Below, piece by piece: positions 38,777 to 47,425 of a DNA stretch of 64,000 nucleotides. A program made the translations under genes and the position numbers. Positions within the stretch are counted from its first letter, which is position 1. Every line of letters starts with the position of its first letter. The notes under the pieces were generated by a model. That model did not search any database. It was not told the DNA's origin and saw nothing but the letters and a program-made list of their open reading frames with translations. The stretch is taken from sequence record PQ015379.1; one strand, 5' to 3'.

Positions 38777-39666
38777 TGCTCGTTGACATTCGTGGTAATT
38801 CGCTGAAAAAAGAATTGCAACCGGGCCGCAATCAAATCGCTATCGCATCGGCTGGTGTGCCGTACGAAAAGCAATTCGACGAAATGGCGCTCGGTTTCAG
38901 CATGGGCACCCCGCTGGCCACCACGGAACTGCACGGCGCACGGCTCAATGAGGCCGGGGAATTGCCGATCAGTGCACAGATTTCCGGAACTGGTTTTGCT
39001 GAAACGTTGGAAGCTAACGTGTGGTTGGGTCGTGCTGCTGAATATCACGGCCTTTCCAAAAACATCAGCGACTACATTCTGGTTTCGGTTCCTGCGATGG
39101 TTACGCGGTTGCCGAATACCAACGGCGATTCGGTGGATTTGAAACAATTCACCGCGTGGAATGAACCGTGTGCACGCCTTGCCTACAAAACGTGGGAAGG
39201 CCGCCCGATGTATATCGAACACCAGCACCAACCTGAATGGGTTCGCGGTTTGATTCTCGGCACGTTCATGCGCCCGACGAAGTTCAAGAACATCGAAAAA
39301 CTGGTGATGCTGGCAGCCCTCGACCGCACCCGCGATCCGCGCCGTTGCCAACGTGTTTTGAGTCGCGAATTGAACACCTATTCCATGGGCATGATGTATT
39401 CGGCTTATGCGTGTTCGATTTGTGGGCATATTGCCGGGCGCGGTATTGGTTCGCCGTGCAGCCACACCAAACCACGTAAACCAACTTACCAATACCCTGA
39501 TGGTCGTTTGGCCTATCGTCGCTGCATGAACATTACCGGCTTCGAATTGTCGTTGCTGGAAAACGTCGGCGGGCGTTCCGGTATGGACGGTTACAAACAG
39601 GGTTACGGTGATCCATCGTACGTTTCTGCAATCGGGGATATTATCCTTGATCCCAAATCCGTCTGA
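38776..39666 (+). CDS. Prohead maturation protease (HK97/assemblin-like fold)
   Basis: NGDS..YKTWEGRPMYIEH..RGLI..YSMG..CSICG pattern; upstream of scaffold and capsid genes. Confidence 0.8.
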   Translation: MLVDIRGNSLKKELQPGRNQIAIASAGVPYEKQFDEMALGFSMGTPLATTELHGARLNEAGELPISAQISGTGFAETLEANVWLGRAAEYHGLSKNISDYILVSVPAMVTRLPNTNGDSVDLKQFTAWNEPCARLAYKTWEGRPMYIEHQHQPEWVRGLILGTFMRPTKFKNIEKLVMLAALDRTRDPRRCQRVLSRELNTYSMGMMYSAYACSICGHIAGRGIGSPCSHTKPRKPTYQYPDGRLAYRRCMNITGFELSLLENVGGRSGMDGYKQGYGDPSYVSAIGDIILDPKSV

Positions 39667-39679
39667 TCGAGAACACAAA

Positions 39680-39802
39680 ATGGCCGAAGTTTTGATCAAC
39701 TACCGCAAAGCCAAACTGGCCCGCGAACGCGCTGAAAAAGCTGGTATCAAACCGGGCGTGGGTGTGATTGTTACACCAAAAGACGTACGCCCCGATATTT
39801 AA
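39680..39802 (+). CDS. Small basic hypothetical protein (40 aa)
   Basis: GAGA RBS; typical codon usage. Confidence 0.5.
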   Translation: MAEVLINYRKAKLARERAEKAGIKPGVGVIVTPKDVRPDI

Positions 39803-39845
39803 AAGGTGCCACATGAATGACGAACGTCCTGACATTTAACCAAAA

Positions 39846-39896
39846 GTTCTACATGCGATAGCCCGTTCCACACCGGGGCGGGCGCACATGTAGAGC
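39846..39896 (+). promoter_or_regulatory. Long leader hairpin overlapping the RBS of the 39904 ORF
   Basis: GTTCTACATG/CATGTAGAGC outer stem, GCCCG/CGGGC inner stem. Confidence 0.5.
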
Positions 39897-39903
39897 ACAC
39901 CAA

Positions 39904-40164
39904 ATGTCCGCAAACAAACTGGCCAAACAGCAACGCCTTTCCAACCGTGATCGTGTGATTCAAAAGCACGTGAAAGATTGGAACAATTACCCGCACGCCG
40001 CTGACCGTATTAAGCCCTCTAACAAATGGGCGAAACGTAATGCTTTTAATTGCGGGAATTCGCGTTGCTTTTTGTGCTGCAATCCACGTCGTACCCAAAG
40101 CCAATTGACCGTCGCTGAATACGCGGCCAATGAATCGTTTGATTATGAATTGAAGCACCTGTAA
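39904..40164 (+). CDS. Small basic Cys-rich protein (86 aa)
   Basis: CGNSRCFLCCNPRR putative Zn-binding motif. Confidence 0.65.
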   Translation: MSANKLAKQQRLSNRDRVIQKHVKDWNNYPHAADRIKPSNKWAKRNAFNCGNSRCFLCCNPRRTQSQLTVAEYAANESFDYELKHL

Positions 40165-40184
40165 AAGAGTCGCTAATTTATTCA

Positions 40185-40270
40185 TAGTCTACGAGGGTAG
40201 GCTTGTTGTACCTCTTTATGTCACAGCATTTAAGCCCACACTGGTCCCCCGCCGGTGTGGGCTTTTTTTT
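40185..40270 (+). ncRNA. Candidate small RNA
   Basis: TAATTTA at 40174, no RBS-led ORF, ends in a strong terminator; 5' end approximate. Confidence 0.35.
40232..40270 (+). terminator. Rho-independent terminator
   Basis: AAGCCCACACTGG...CCGGTGTGGGCTT plus long T run. Confidence 0.9.
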
Positions 40271-40291
40271 GCCCGAAATTTCTGTTTGCCC

Positions 40292-40298
40292 TAATTTA
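40292..40298 (+). promoter_or_regulatory. TAATTTA putative late promoter motif
   Basis: After a terminator, 25 nt before ATG 40324. Confidence 0.55.
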
Positions 40299-40323
40299 TA
40301 CATGTAGCACCAAGGAGACTGCT

Positions 40324-40686
40324 ATGGAAATGATGATCGCTTTAGCAGCCTCGCCATTGACTGATATGCACCAGCCTAAAAGCTTTGACATTCGCAGCTT
40401 GAAACACCAATTGCTCAATATCCAAGAGATTCGAAAGGGTTTGATCAAATGTGATATCAAGTACGACCATCAGGGCGACGGCAAACCGCATCACAGCGCT
40501 CGCGTCGATTTGGTTTCTGATATGGGTTCGGGTTATATCGAATTCGCCCTTGAAGAATCGAATTGGTGGTACAAGGGCGAAACGAATATTAATGGCGAAT
40601 CCACGAATTACGAAGGTTATACGGCACACCATTCGGTGCAAGCCATTTGCCGGAAGGTCCGTGGGCTGCTGCTGAAACTGCTGTAG
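40324..40686 (+). CDS. Hypothetical protein (120 aa)
   Basis: AAGGAG RBS; N-terminal MIALAASP shared with the 32579 protein. Confidence 0.7.
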   Translation: MEMMIALAASPLTDMHQPKSFDIRSLKHQLLNIQEIRKGLIKCDIKYDHQGDGKPHHSARVDLVSDMGSGYIEFALEESNWWYKGETNINGESTNYEGYTAHHSVQAICRKVRGLLLKLL

Positions 40687-40748
40687 TTTTTGATCTTTGT
40701 AATTTTTAAATGTGAGGTGAAAGCCCACAACTCTTAATGGAGTGAACC

Positions 40749-41717
40749 ATGTCGAAACGAAACTCGCGCCTGCGCGGCATCGTCGTTATGGCTGACAACC
40801 AAGAGCAAGCAGTGGAGCATTTCAGTGCTGTCGCTTCCGGCGAATATCGCGTATTGGAAAGTAAAGATGGCAAATACGCCATTGCTACCGCCAACACCGA
40901 TACGCCCCTGTTGAATCCCCTTGACGGGGAAGAAATGGTGGCCGTTCCGGAAGAGGAAAAGCATGAAATGGTCGCGACCGCATCCGCCGAAGGCGATATG
41001 GACGCGTTCTATCAAGCCTGTTCCAGCGGTTGCGGCGCACACGTTATCACGGACAGTGAAGAACTTCTGGATAAATGCCCGGCTTGCGCTTCCGACCTCC
41101 CAAAAATGGAAGACGCGAACTTGAAAAACAAACCACAACCGAAAGAAATGCTGGTTGCTGTTGCTGCCACTCGCGCCGAAGCCATCGAAGCTTTCCGTGC
41201 GCTGGCCAGCGGTAACTGCGAGACTTTCGCGGCTCAATGCGTCGATAACATGGTGCTGTCTAACCAGCCTGTGAATTTCGACATTTTCAAAGCCACCGCC
41301 GCCGAACAGGTTGCTGACTACGTGCCTCAACTGGCCGTTGCTTCCGCAATCGAAAACGGCAAAATGAAAGTGCACTATCTGGTGACTGCCTCCGATGACG
41401 GCCCGGAAATGCACATCGTCTCCAACAGCGACAAAGCGATTTTCTGCCCGGTAACTTCGATGGGTCTGGTAGACCCGGAAGTCGAATTCACCGACGAACA
41501 GAAAGCCACCGCTGCCGCCGAATTCGCCGCTACCGCTTCGGATGATGAAGACGAAGAGGAAGAGGAAGAAGAGGAATTCGAGGACGACGAAGAGGAAGAA
41601 GAGGAAGAAGAGGAAGAGGAAGACGACGGCGAAGAAGAGGAAGAAGAGGAAGACGACGACGATCTGTCTTTGGGCCTCGCTGCTGCCGGTGACAAACCAG
41701 CGAAAAAGGCGGCGTAA
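40749..41717 (+). CDS. Putative scaffold/core head protein with Zn-ribbon and poly-acidic tail (322 aa)
   Basis: CSSGCG..CPAC; ~40-residue E/D tract; AVAS and ATAS motifs; between protease and MCP. Confidence 0.55.
   Translation: MSKRNSRLRGIVVMADNQEQAVEHFSAVASGEYRVLESKDGKYAIATANTDTPLLNPLDGEEMVAVPEEEKHEMVATASAEGDMDAFYQACSSGCGAHVITDSEELLDKCPACASDLPKMEDANLKNKPQPKEMLVAVAATRAEAIEAFRALASGNCETFAAQCVDNMVLSNQPVNFDIFKATAAEQVADYVPQLAVASAIENGKMKVHYLVTASDDGPEMHIVSNSDKAIFCPVTSMGLVDPEVEFTDEQKATAAAEFAATASDDEDEEEEEEEEFEDDEEEEEEEEEEEDDGEEEEEEEDDDDLSLGLAAAGDKPAKKAA
41543..41661 (+). repeat. GAA/GAG/GAC low-complexity tract encoding poly-Glu/Asp
   Basis: Direct reading of the sequence. Confidence 0.85.
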
Positions 41718-41737
41718 AACGCAAGGTAAAACCGACC

Positions 41738-42724
41738 ATGGCTACCGCAAGTACCCAGCCGGAAACCGGCGCTGCCGCTGCTGGCACCGAGCAAATTGCT
41801 CAAACCGAACAAACCAACGTTGAACAGACCGGCGAAACCGCGACTGCCAACGCTGAAACCGCACAAACCGGTGAACAGGCTTCTGCCGTTACTACCGAAA
41901 ACGTGCAAACTGAAGAAACCCCGGTAGAAGTTTCCGCTTCGTTCGTTTCCATCGCGTCGAACGAAATGAAGGAAAATTCTGTGGATGTTAATTATGTAGG
42001 TAGCGTGCAGAACGAACCTACGTGGGTAGCTTTCCACAACGGTGTTCCTTTCGCGAAAGCTGTTGCTTCCGCCGCCGAAAACAAAGCGACTTTCGCTGAT
42101 CCATCTTTCGGTCGTGCTTTCAAAGCAATCGCCGCCGAACAAGGTGTGCAGGCTGCCATCGAGCAGCTGCGTTTCGAAGAAATCAAACCTGTTGTGCAAA
42201 TCGCGCAGGTTGTGGCCGAACAAATCCAGACCCAAGTGTCCGAACAGGGCGCCGTTCTGGCTGAAGCTTCCGCCAAAGATCAATCGGAACTCGCTGAGCG
42301 TTTCCGTGGCGCACTCGCCACCGCTGCGCACGGTATCAACACCGGTTATTTCCGTGACACTTCGAACCCGATCCTGACCGCGCTGGCTTCGACCCTCGAA
42401 TCCATCGGCCTCGAAGGCGCCGAAGATTTGCTGCAACGTGCATTCCTCGATCACTCGCCGGAATACCACGCAGCCATTTTGGCCAAAGCTGGCGAAATCA
42501 TGAAATATGATGCCGTCGTGCAAAACCAGATGGCGACTGCTGTCACCCAAATCGAACCGAAAAATGTGGTTGCGACCGCATCTTCTTCGCTGTCGATGGG
42601 CCGCCCGGTTCAACGTCCGGTGCAAGTGCAAAAACAGGAAAGCGAACTCGCTACCGCTTCGGCACAGCAGTCGCAGCCTTCCAACTTCAAATCCAAGCTG
42701 ACCGGCTTGAAACTGTTCCGCTAA
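41738..42724 (+). CDS. Putative capsid scaffolding protein (328 aa)
   Basis: Low-complexity A/T/E/Q N-terminus, helical body, three ATAS motifs; upstream of MCP. Confidence 0.55.
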   Translation: MATASTQPETGAAAAGTEQIAQTEQTNVEQTGETATANAETAQTGEQASAVTTENVQTEETPVEVSASFVSIASNEMKENSVDVNYVGSVQNEPTWVAFHNGVPFAKAVASAAENKATFADPSFGRAFKAIAAEQGVQAAIEQLRFEEIKPVVQIAQVVAEQIQTQVSEQGAVLAEASAKDQSELAERFRGALATAAHGINTGYFRDTSNPILTALASTLESIGLEGAEDLLQRAFLDHSPEYHAAILAKAGEIMKYDAVVQNQMATAVTQIEPKNVVATASSSLSMGRPVQRPVQVQKQESELATASAQQSQPSNFKSKLTGLKLFR

Positions 42725-42739
42725 TCGGAGAAATTCCAA

Positions 42740-43483
42740 ATGATCGTTGACAAATACACTCGCACTTTCAACACCGAATTCCGCGATGTTGAACCGGGTC
42801 TGGACCTGCAAGAAGACGGCCAAGCGCTGGTTTTCTCGAAAGTTCAAGGCCGCACCTACGTTCGTCCGTCGCAGGGCGTTTCTGGTGAAATCTTCGCCGG
42901 TATCTCGGTGAACCGTAACACCCCGCCGAAATTCCTGCCGAAAATCGTTGCTGGCGTCGTCGTTCCTGAAAGCGGCGTGGTTGACCTCGGTCGCCTGCCA
43001 ATCAACGGCCAAATGCTGGTGAAAGTTGACGGCGATGTTCTCGACATTTCCGCCAGCGCCCCGGTTGCGGGCAAAGTGCAAAGCGTCGGCACCAAGCTGT
43101 ATTTCTTCGCCGGTACTCCGGAATCCGCACCGGGCGCAGGCGATGCCGTTGCCGGTGATCAGGGCAAAGAACTGTTCGTGCAATTCATGTACGAACCGCT
43201 GGTTTCCGAAGCTGTGACCGTTCGTGGTGACGCGCCAATCGGCGGCCTGTCGAGCACCGAGCGTGGCCGTATCGCCGTTCTGACCCGCGCCGAACAAGTC
43301 GCCACCACCTTCTACGACGCCGCTTCCGACTGGTCCACCGCCCTGCGTCCGAAACTGGGCGTTGACGGCAAATTCACCATGTCCGGTCCGGGCGAAACCG
43401 TGAACACCGTTCTGGTTCTGCAAACCCCTGTCGAAGATGCTGCTTCGTACGGCCCGCTGGTCGTCAAAATCACCAACGCCTAA
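42740..43483 (+). CDS. Putative capsid decoration/stabilising protein (247 aa)
   Basis: Beta-rich, highly biased codons, strong GGAG RBS, directly upstream of MCP. Confidence 0.55.
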   Translation: MIVDKYTRTFNTEFRDVEPGLDLQEDGQALVFSKVQGRTYVRPSQGVSGEIFAGISVNRNTPPKFLPKIVAGVVVPESGVVDLGRLPINGQMLVKVDGDVLDISASAPVAGKVQSVGTKLYFFAGTPESAPGAGDAVAGDQGKELFVQFMYEPLVSEAVTVRGDAPIGGLSSTERGRIAVLTRAEQVATTFYDAASDWSTALRPKLGVDGKFTMSGPGETVNTVLVLQTPVEDAASYGPLVVKITNA

Positions 43484-43519
43484 GTCGGCGCCTTTCGAAA
43501 TTTTCTGGAGAAATAAAAC

Positions 43520-44626
43520 ATGTTGAACCAAATCAAAGGCGCCCGCATGGTCCTCGCTGGCACCGGTGCCCCGCTGGAAGAACTGCGCTACTCGAAAGGC
43601 GCTGAACTGGCCCTGAGTTCCGCGACCGGCGAATTCAACGCCTCTTCCACCAAGGATCTGGCGATCCAAATCGGTCGTCTGATGGACGCCGTAGGCAAAG
43701 GCATCGTCGTTCCTGAAAATCAAATCGCCACCGCTTCGAGCAAAGAGCAGCGCGAACACCGCCGCGAAATCATGCGCGAAGCCATGGCCAGCGATGACAA
43801 CTGGCAGGCACTGGGCGCCAACATCGCCCAGCAGGTTTACGAGCAGAGCGAGCGTGACGGTTTCCTGCGCAAACTTTCGCAAGGTAACACCCTGCGTCAA
43901 GGTGAAGTGCAGCGCGTTCCAATGCCTCCGCACGATTCGATGGCCGTTGTCGCCACCGGTCCTGCTGGCGTCGGCTACCAGAACATTCGCGCTCGCCAAT
44001 TCCTGCCAGCGGAATTCGAAATCATCGCGAACGTTCGCGTGAATGCGCTGGACATGGAACAGGTTTCCGGCGACCTGCTGGAGCACGCGTACAACGACGC
44101 GCTGCAATCCATCATGGTTCAGGAAGATCGCCTGTGGAAAATCGCTGCTGACGCCACCGTCGGCATGATGAACCCGCTGGAATACATCGCTGGCGAACTG
44201 ACCTCGAAAAACCTCGGTCGTCTGCGCACCGCCGTGACCGACTGGAACCTGCCAGCCACCACCGCGATCATCAGCAACGATTACTGGTCCGATATCATCG
44301 GTTCGAACGATTTCGCGACCATGCTCGATCCGATCACCAAGTACGATTTGGCCCTGAACGGTCAACTCGGTACTCTGGTTGGTCTGCAACTGCTGACCGA
44401 TGGTTTCCGTGCACCGAACCAGAAAGTTCTGGATCGTGGCGAAATCTACGTCGTGGCTGCCCCGGAATACCACGCTGCCTACTCGACCCGTGGCGGTATC
44501 CAATCCCGTCCGGTTGACTACGCGCACGAAGGTTCCACCGCCAAAGGCTGGATGCTGTCCGAAGCGTTCTCGTTCGTTCTGGCCAACAACCGCTCCGTCG
44601 TGAAAGGCAAGCGTCTGGTCCGTTAA
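43520..44626 (+). CDS. Major capsid protein (HK97 fold, 368 aa)
   Basis: Position after protease and scaffolds, extreme codon bias, HK97-type E-loop/P-domain pattern (FLRKL..EDRLW..GTLVGLQLLTD..EIYVV). Confidence 0.82.
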   Translation: MLNQIKGARMVLAGTGAPLEELRYSKGAELALSSATGEFNASSTKDLAIQIGRLMDAVGKGIVVPENQIATASSKEQREHRREIMREAMASDDNWQALGANIAQQVYEQSERDGFLRKLSQGNTLRQGEVQRVPMPPHDSMAVVATGPAGVGYQNIRARQFLPAEFEIIANVRVNALDMEQVSGDLLEHAYNDALQSIMVQEDRLWKIAADATVGMMNPLEYIAGELTSKNLGRLRTAVTDWNLPATTAIISNDYWSDIIGSNDFATMLDPITKYDLALNGQLGTLVGLQLLTDGFRAPNQKVLDRGEIYVVAAPEYHAAYSTRGGIQSRPVDYAHEGSTAKGWMLSEAFSFVLANNRSVVKGKRLVR

Positions 44627-44641
44627 TAAATCTCCGCACTT

Positions 44642-44675
44642 TCCGGATCGAAAGGAGCGCCCCTTTCGATCTGGA
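44642..44675 (+). other. Stable hairpin after MCP (no U tract)
   Basis: TCCGGATCGAAAGG...CTTTCGATCTGGA. Confidence 0.6.
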
Positions 44676-44704
44676 TTGTGTTAGAAACTTTTGGAGATTT
44701 AGCG

Positions 44705-45250
44705 ATGGATATTCAGGCACTGTTTTCGCTTGCGGCAATGTGTTGCAAAAACGGAAGAGACGAATTGGCTTTGCAGGTTCTGAAACAGGCTTGCGAATGC
44801 CCTGAATTCTCTTCGGTCCTGAACTGTTCGCTACAGCCCGCTTTGGATGCCGCCCCTGATTTCATGGGCGCTGTTCAAGGCGCGCCGGTTCCTTGCGCAG
44901 AAGGCGGCGCGGATGGGAAACTCGACGGCCTCGATTCGTTCGTGGATTATGTCGATAAACCTAGCCCCGACGTTGCCAAGTTTGGTACTGCCCCAAATTC
45001 GGAAAATTCCATCAGCCCTTCGCTGCATGGAAATGATGGTGTGGCCTTCCGGCAAATTGTCGGTGTGGCTTCCGCGATCTACGCACAAAAGCAGTATCTG
45101 GACGATGGTGAGCACATCATCCTCGATCCTCAACTATCGGCTATTGCTTCGGTCGATCTTGAACCATTTGACGACGAATCGTTGGTGGCGCGGGAATCCC
45201 CGAAAGCGAGTGAACCGCTCATTCCGGGCCGTATCAGGATCAAGCTGTAA
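44705..45250 (+). CDS. Hypothetical head-associated protein (181 aa)
   Basis: GGAG RBS; GVAS and AIAS motifs. Confidence 0.65.
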   Translation: MDIQALFSLAAMCCKNGRDELALQVLKQACECPEFSSVLNCSLQPALDAAPDFMGAVQGAPVPCAEGGADGKLDGLDSFVDYVDKPSPDVAKFGTAPNSENSISPSLHGNDGVAFRQIVGVASAIYAQKQYLDDGEHIILDPQLSAIASVDLEPFDDESLVARESPKASEPLIPGRIRIKL

Positions 45251-45252
45251 CG

Positions 45253-45288
45253 AAAAGGCCGCTGTGAGAAATCACCGTGGCCTTTTTT
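45253..45288 (+). terminator. Rho-independent terminator
   Basis: AAAAGGCC...GGCCTTTT plus TT. Confidence 0.75.
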
Positions 45289-45307
45289 GTTTTTGGAGAC
45301 GAAAAAC

Positions 45308-46030
45308 ATGACTGATACGCAGCAACGGGAAAAGATTCGGGACGCGATGAAGCGCCGGGATCTGTTGGGCAATCTCGACTTTTCACAGACGCACCTTTTT
45401 GCCAGCTTCGCAGGCATCCGGGCATCGTTCCGGAAGTTTTTCAGAATCAAAGAAATTCCGTTCGTGCACAACAACGACGTAAAGCAGATGATCCGGGCCA
45501 AGATGGAACCGAGTTATCCGTATTCTTACGTGAGCATGACCAGCATTGCAAAATCCGAAGCACACATGCTTAGCCCGACGCTGCGGCGCCGGGGCACTGG
45601 CCACGTGCTCGACGGATCGAACAGCACGCTAACGCGGCTGCACTATTTCCCCATTACGTTGCACTATGAATTTCATTATGTGACGAATGATTATTTCGAC
45701 GCGATTCGCTTTATCGGTGAAGCCTTGATCATGTTTGAATCCAAGGTTCTCAACGTGCAGGTTACAAGCGGGAACGTTACGTCGAAACTGACGATTAAAG
45801 CGGACAACCCCGAGATTCAAATTCCGCGTGCGGATAAAGAAAACGAGGCCGATCCTGAAGCGTTCGACCTTGTAATCACCTGCACATCCGAAACGTGGAC
45901 CGGCGTCGAGAAGAAAATCTCCAAGGTCAACAACGCGGGGGCCGTCACATTCCACGCTGTGGTCGTCAATCCAGACGGTGCAATTGTGGACGAAGAAACA
46001 TCGGTTCTCACAACGGCGGATGACGTATGA
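45308..46030 (+). CDS. Putative tail terminator/sheath stabiliser (T4 gp15-like)
   Basis: YPYSYVSMTSI..FPITLHYEFHYVT pattern; between head and sheath genes. Confidence 0.5.
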   Translation: MTDTQQREKIRDAMKRRDLLGNLDFSQTHLFASFAGIRASFRKFFRIKEIPFVHNNDVKQMIRAKMEPSYPYSYVSMTSIAKSEAHMLSPTLRRRGTGHVLDGSNSTLTRLHYFPITLHYEFHYVTNDYFDAIRFIGEALIMFESKVLNVQVTSGNVTSKLTIKADNPEIQIPRADKENEADPEAFDLVITCTSETWTGVEKKISKVNNAGAVTFHAVVVNPDGAIVDEETSVLTTADDV

Positions 46031-47379
46031 AACCAATCAACATTTACAAGCCACCAGCGCGCACCGTCGTGACCGAAATGCGCCAGTTTTTGGTGGACAA
46101 TACCCGGCGTCAAAACATCAATGCGTTCAGTGTTGCAACCAAGGTCACGGAAGCCACGCTGGAACAAAAAGACGTAACCATCGGCCCGGATAATCCGTAC
46201 ACGTTGAAAGACGTGCACAACGTCCTGTCGATTCAGTGTCCACACCCGATTAAAATCAAGCTGACTTCGTTCGGCGTGATCCCTGAACCGGAAGTGCGAA
46301 CCGAACAGGTTTATTTCGACGCGGAAATTGCGATTGGTGTGGCGAACGCCAGCCGTTTCGTTCCCGTGACCGTGGTAGACAAAGACATTTTCACGCTGGC
46401 CCCGATTTCCATCAATGTGCAGAATATGCGCACCGGGGAAACCGAAACCGTGCAGCTGGAACGTAACGGCCAAGGTGTTTATTCCGGTTTTCTGGTGACG
46501 CAAAACAATGACGCACAGGGCACCGATTTTGACGGCATGATGTTCTGCCGCAAAGACGACATTCTGCGCTTCATTTACGAAGAGCCTTACGGTGCTTCGG
46601 GCCTGTCGCAAACCGTGACAAAAGATCAGGTGGTAACGCTTGATTTTGAACCGACTGAAGTTGTGGCCCCGGCTACCGTGGCGTTCGGTTCGTTCTTGAA
46701 TTTCCGGGTGAAAAACGCAGTGGGCCAAACGGCTACTGTGACCAACATGCGTTCGGGTTCCACGAAACAAGTTGTGCTCGGCAATTTCGCACCGTTTGAA
46801 ATCACGTACGACGATGGCCCCAACAGCTTTGCTGCTGAAGACCTCGACGTGTTCCAAATCGTGACGCAAGGCAAAGACATTTACGGTCAAATCCAGAATG
46901 TCGTGGCTGAAATCACGGTCGGCAATTCGGTGCCAAGCATCGATGCGCAAACGCAGGTGGACGTAACGCAAGGTTTCGACATTGTTGTGGTCGATAACAA
47001 CATGCCGATGGCCCCGGTACTGCGCCTGAAAAACGATTTCACAGGCGTGGAATTCAATTACCCACTGGGTCAAAAAGACTTTGCGTATTCGGGTCGTTTT
47101 GTTGCCCATTTCGATTCGTTCTTTCATGTCGGTCTGCCGGGGCAACCCGTTACCATTTCCTATCAAGGCAATGGCAGCACCGTAACCAAGGTATTGGAAT
47201 TGGTGGCCCCTGCGCCAGCAGCACCAGAACCGCAACCTGAACCCGATCCAGAAGATTCGGTGCAAAGCGCACCAGTTTCCATGGTGGTAAATGGCCATTT
47301 CTTCCTGAATGGTTCTTTTGCCGGGACCATCGAGCTTTCGGCAGATACTGTCGTTCGCTGCACTTTGATTAAAGCGTAA
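46027..47379 (+). CDS. Virion structural protein with beta-sandwich domains (450 aa)
   Basis: Beta-rich; PEPQPEPDP linker near the C-terminus. Confidence 0.6.
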   Translation: MKPINIYKPPARTVVTEMRQFLVDNTRRQNINAFSVATKVTEATLEQKDVTIGPDNPYTLKDVHNVLSIQCPHPIKIKLTSFGVIPEPEVRTEQVYFDAEIAIGVANASRFVPVTVVDKDIFTLAPISINVQNMRTGETETVQLERNGQGVYSGFLVTQNNDAQGTDFDGMMFCRKDDILRFIYEEPYGASGLSQTVTKDQVVTLDFEPTEVVAPATVAFGSFLNFRVKNAVGQTATVTNMRSGSTKQVVLGNFAPFEITYDDGPNSFAAEDLDVFQIVTQGKDIYGQIQNVVAEITVGNSVPSIDAQTQVDVTQGFDIVVVDNNMPMAPVLRLKNDFTGVEFNYPLGQKDFAYSGRFVAHFDSFFHVGLPGQPVTISYQGNGSTVTKVLELVAPAPAAPEPQPEPDPEDSVQSAPVSMVVNGHFFLNGSFAGTIELSADTVVRCTLIKA

Positions 47380-47383
47380 TTTA
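47377..47383 (+). promoter_or_regulatory. TAATTTA putative late promoter motif
   Basis: Overlaps the upstream stop, precedes sheath gene 2. Confidence 0.55.
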
Positions 47384-47425
47384 ATAGTAATCCCGAAACC
47401 TTTTGGGAGATTACTGGAGAACACC

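Noticed and set aside
40218-40307. 29-codon ORF (MSQHLSPHW...) in the candidate sRNA region
   Set aside because: No RBS (preceded by anti-SD-like CCTC), and it runs through the terminator and the next promoter motif.
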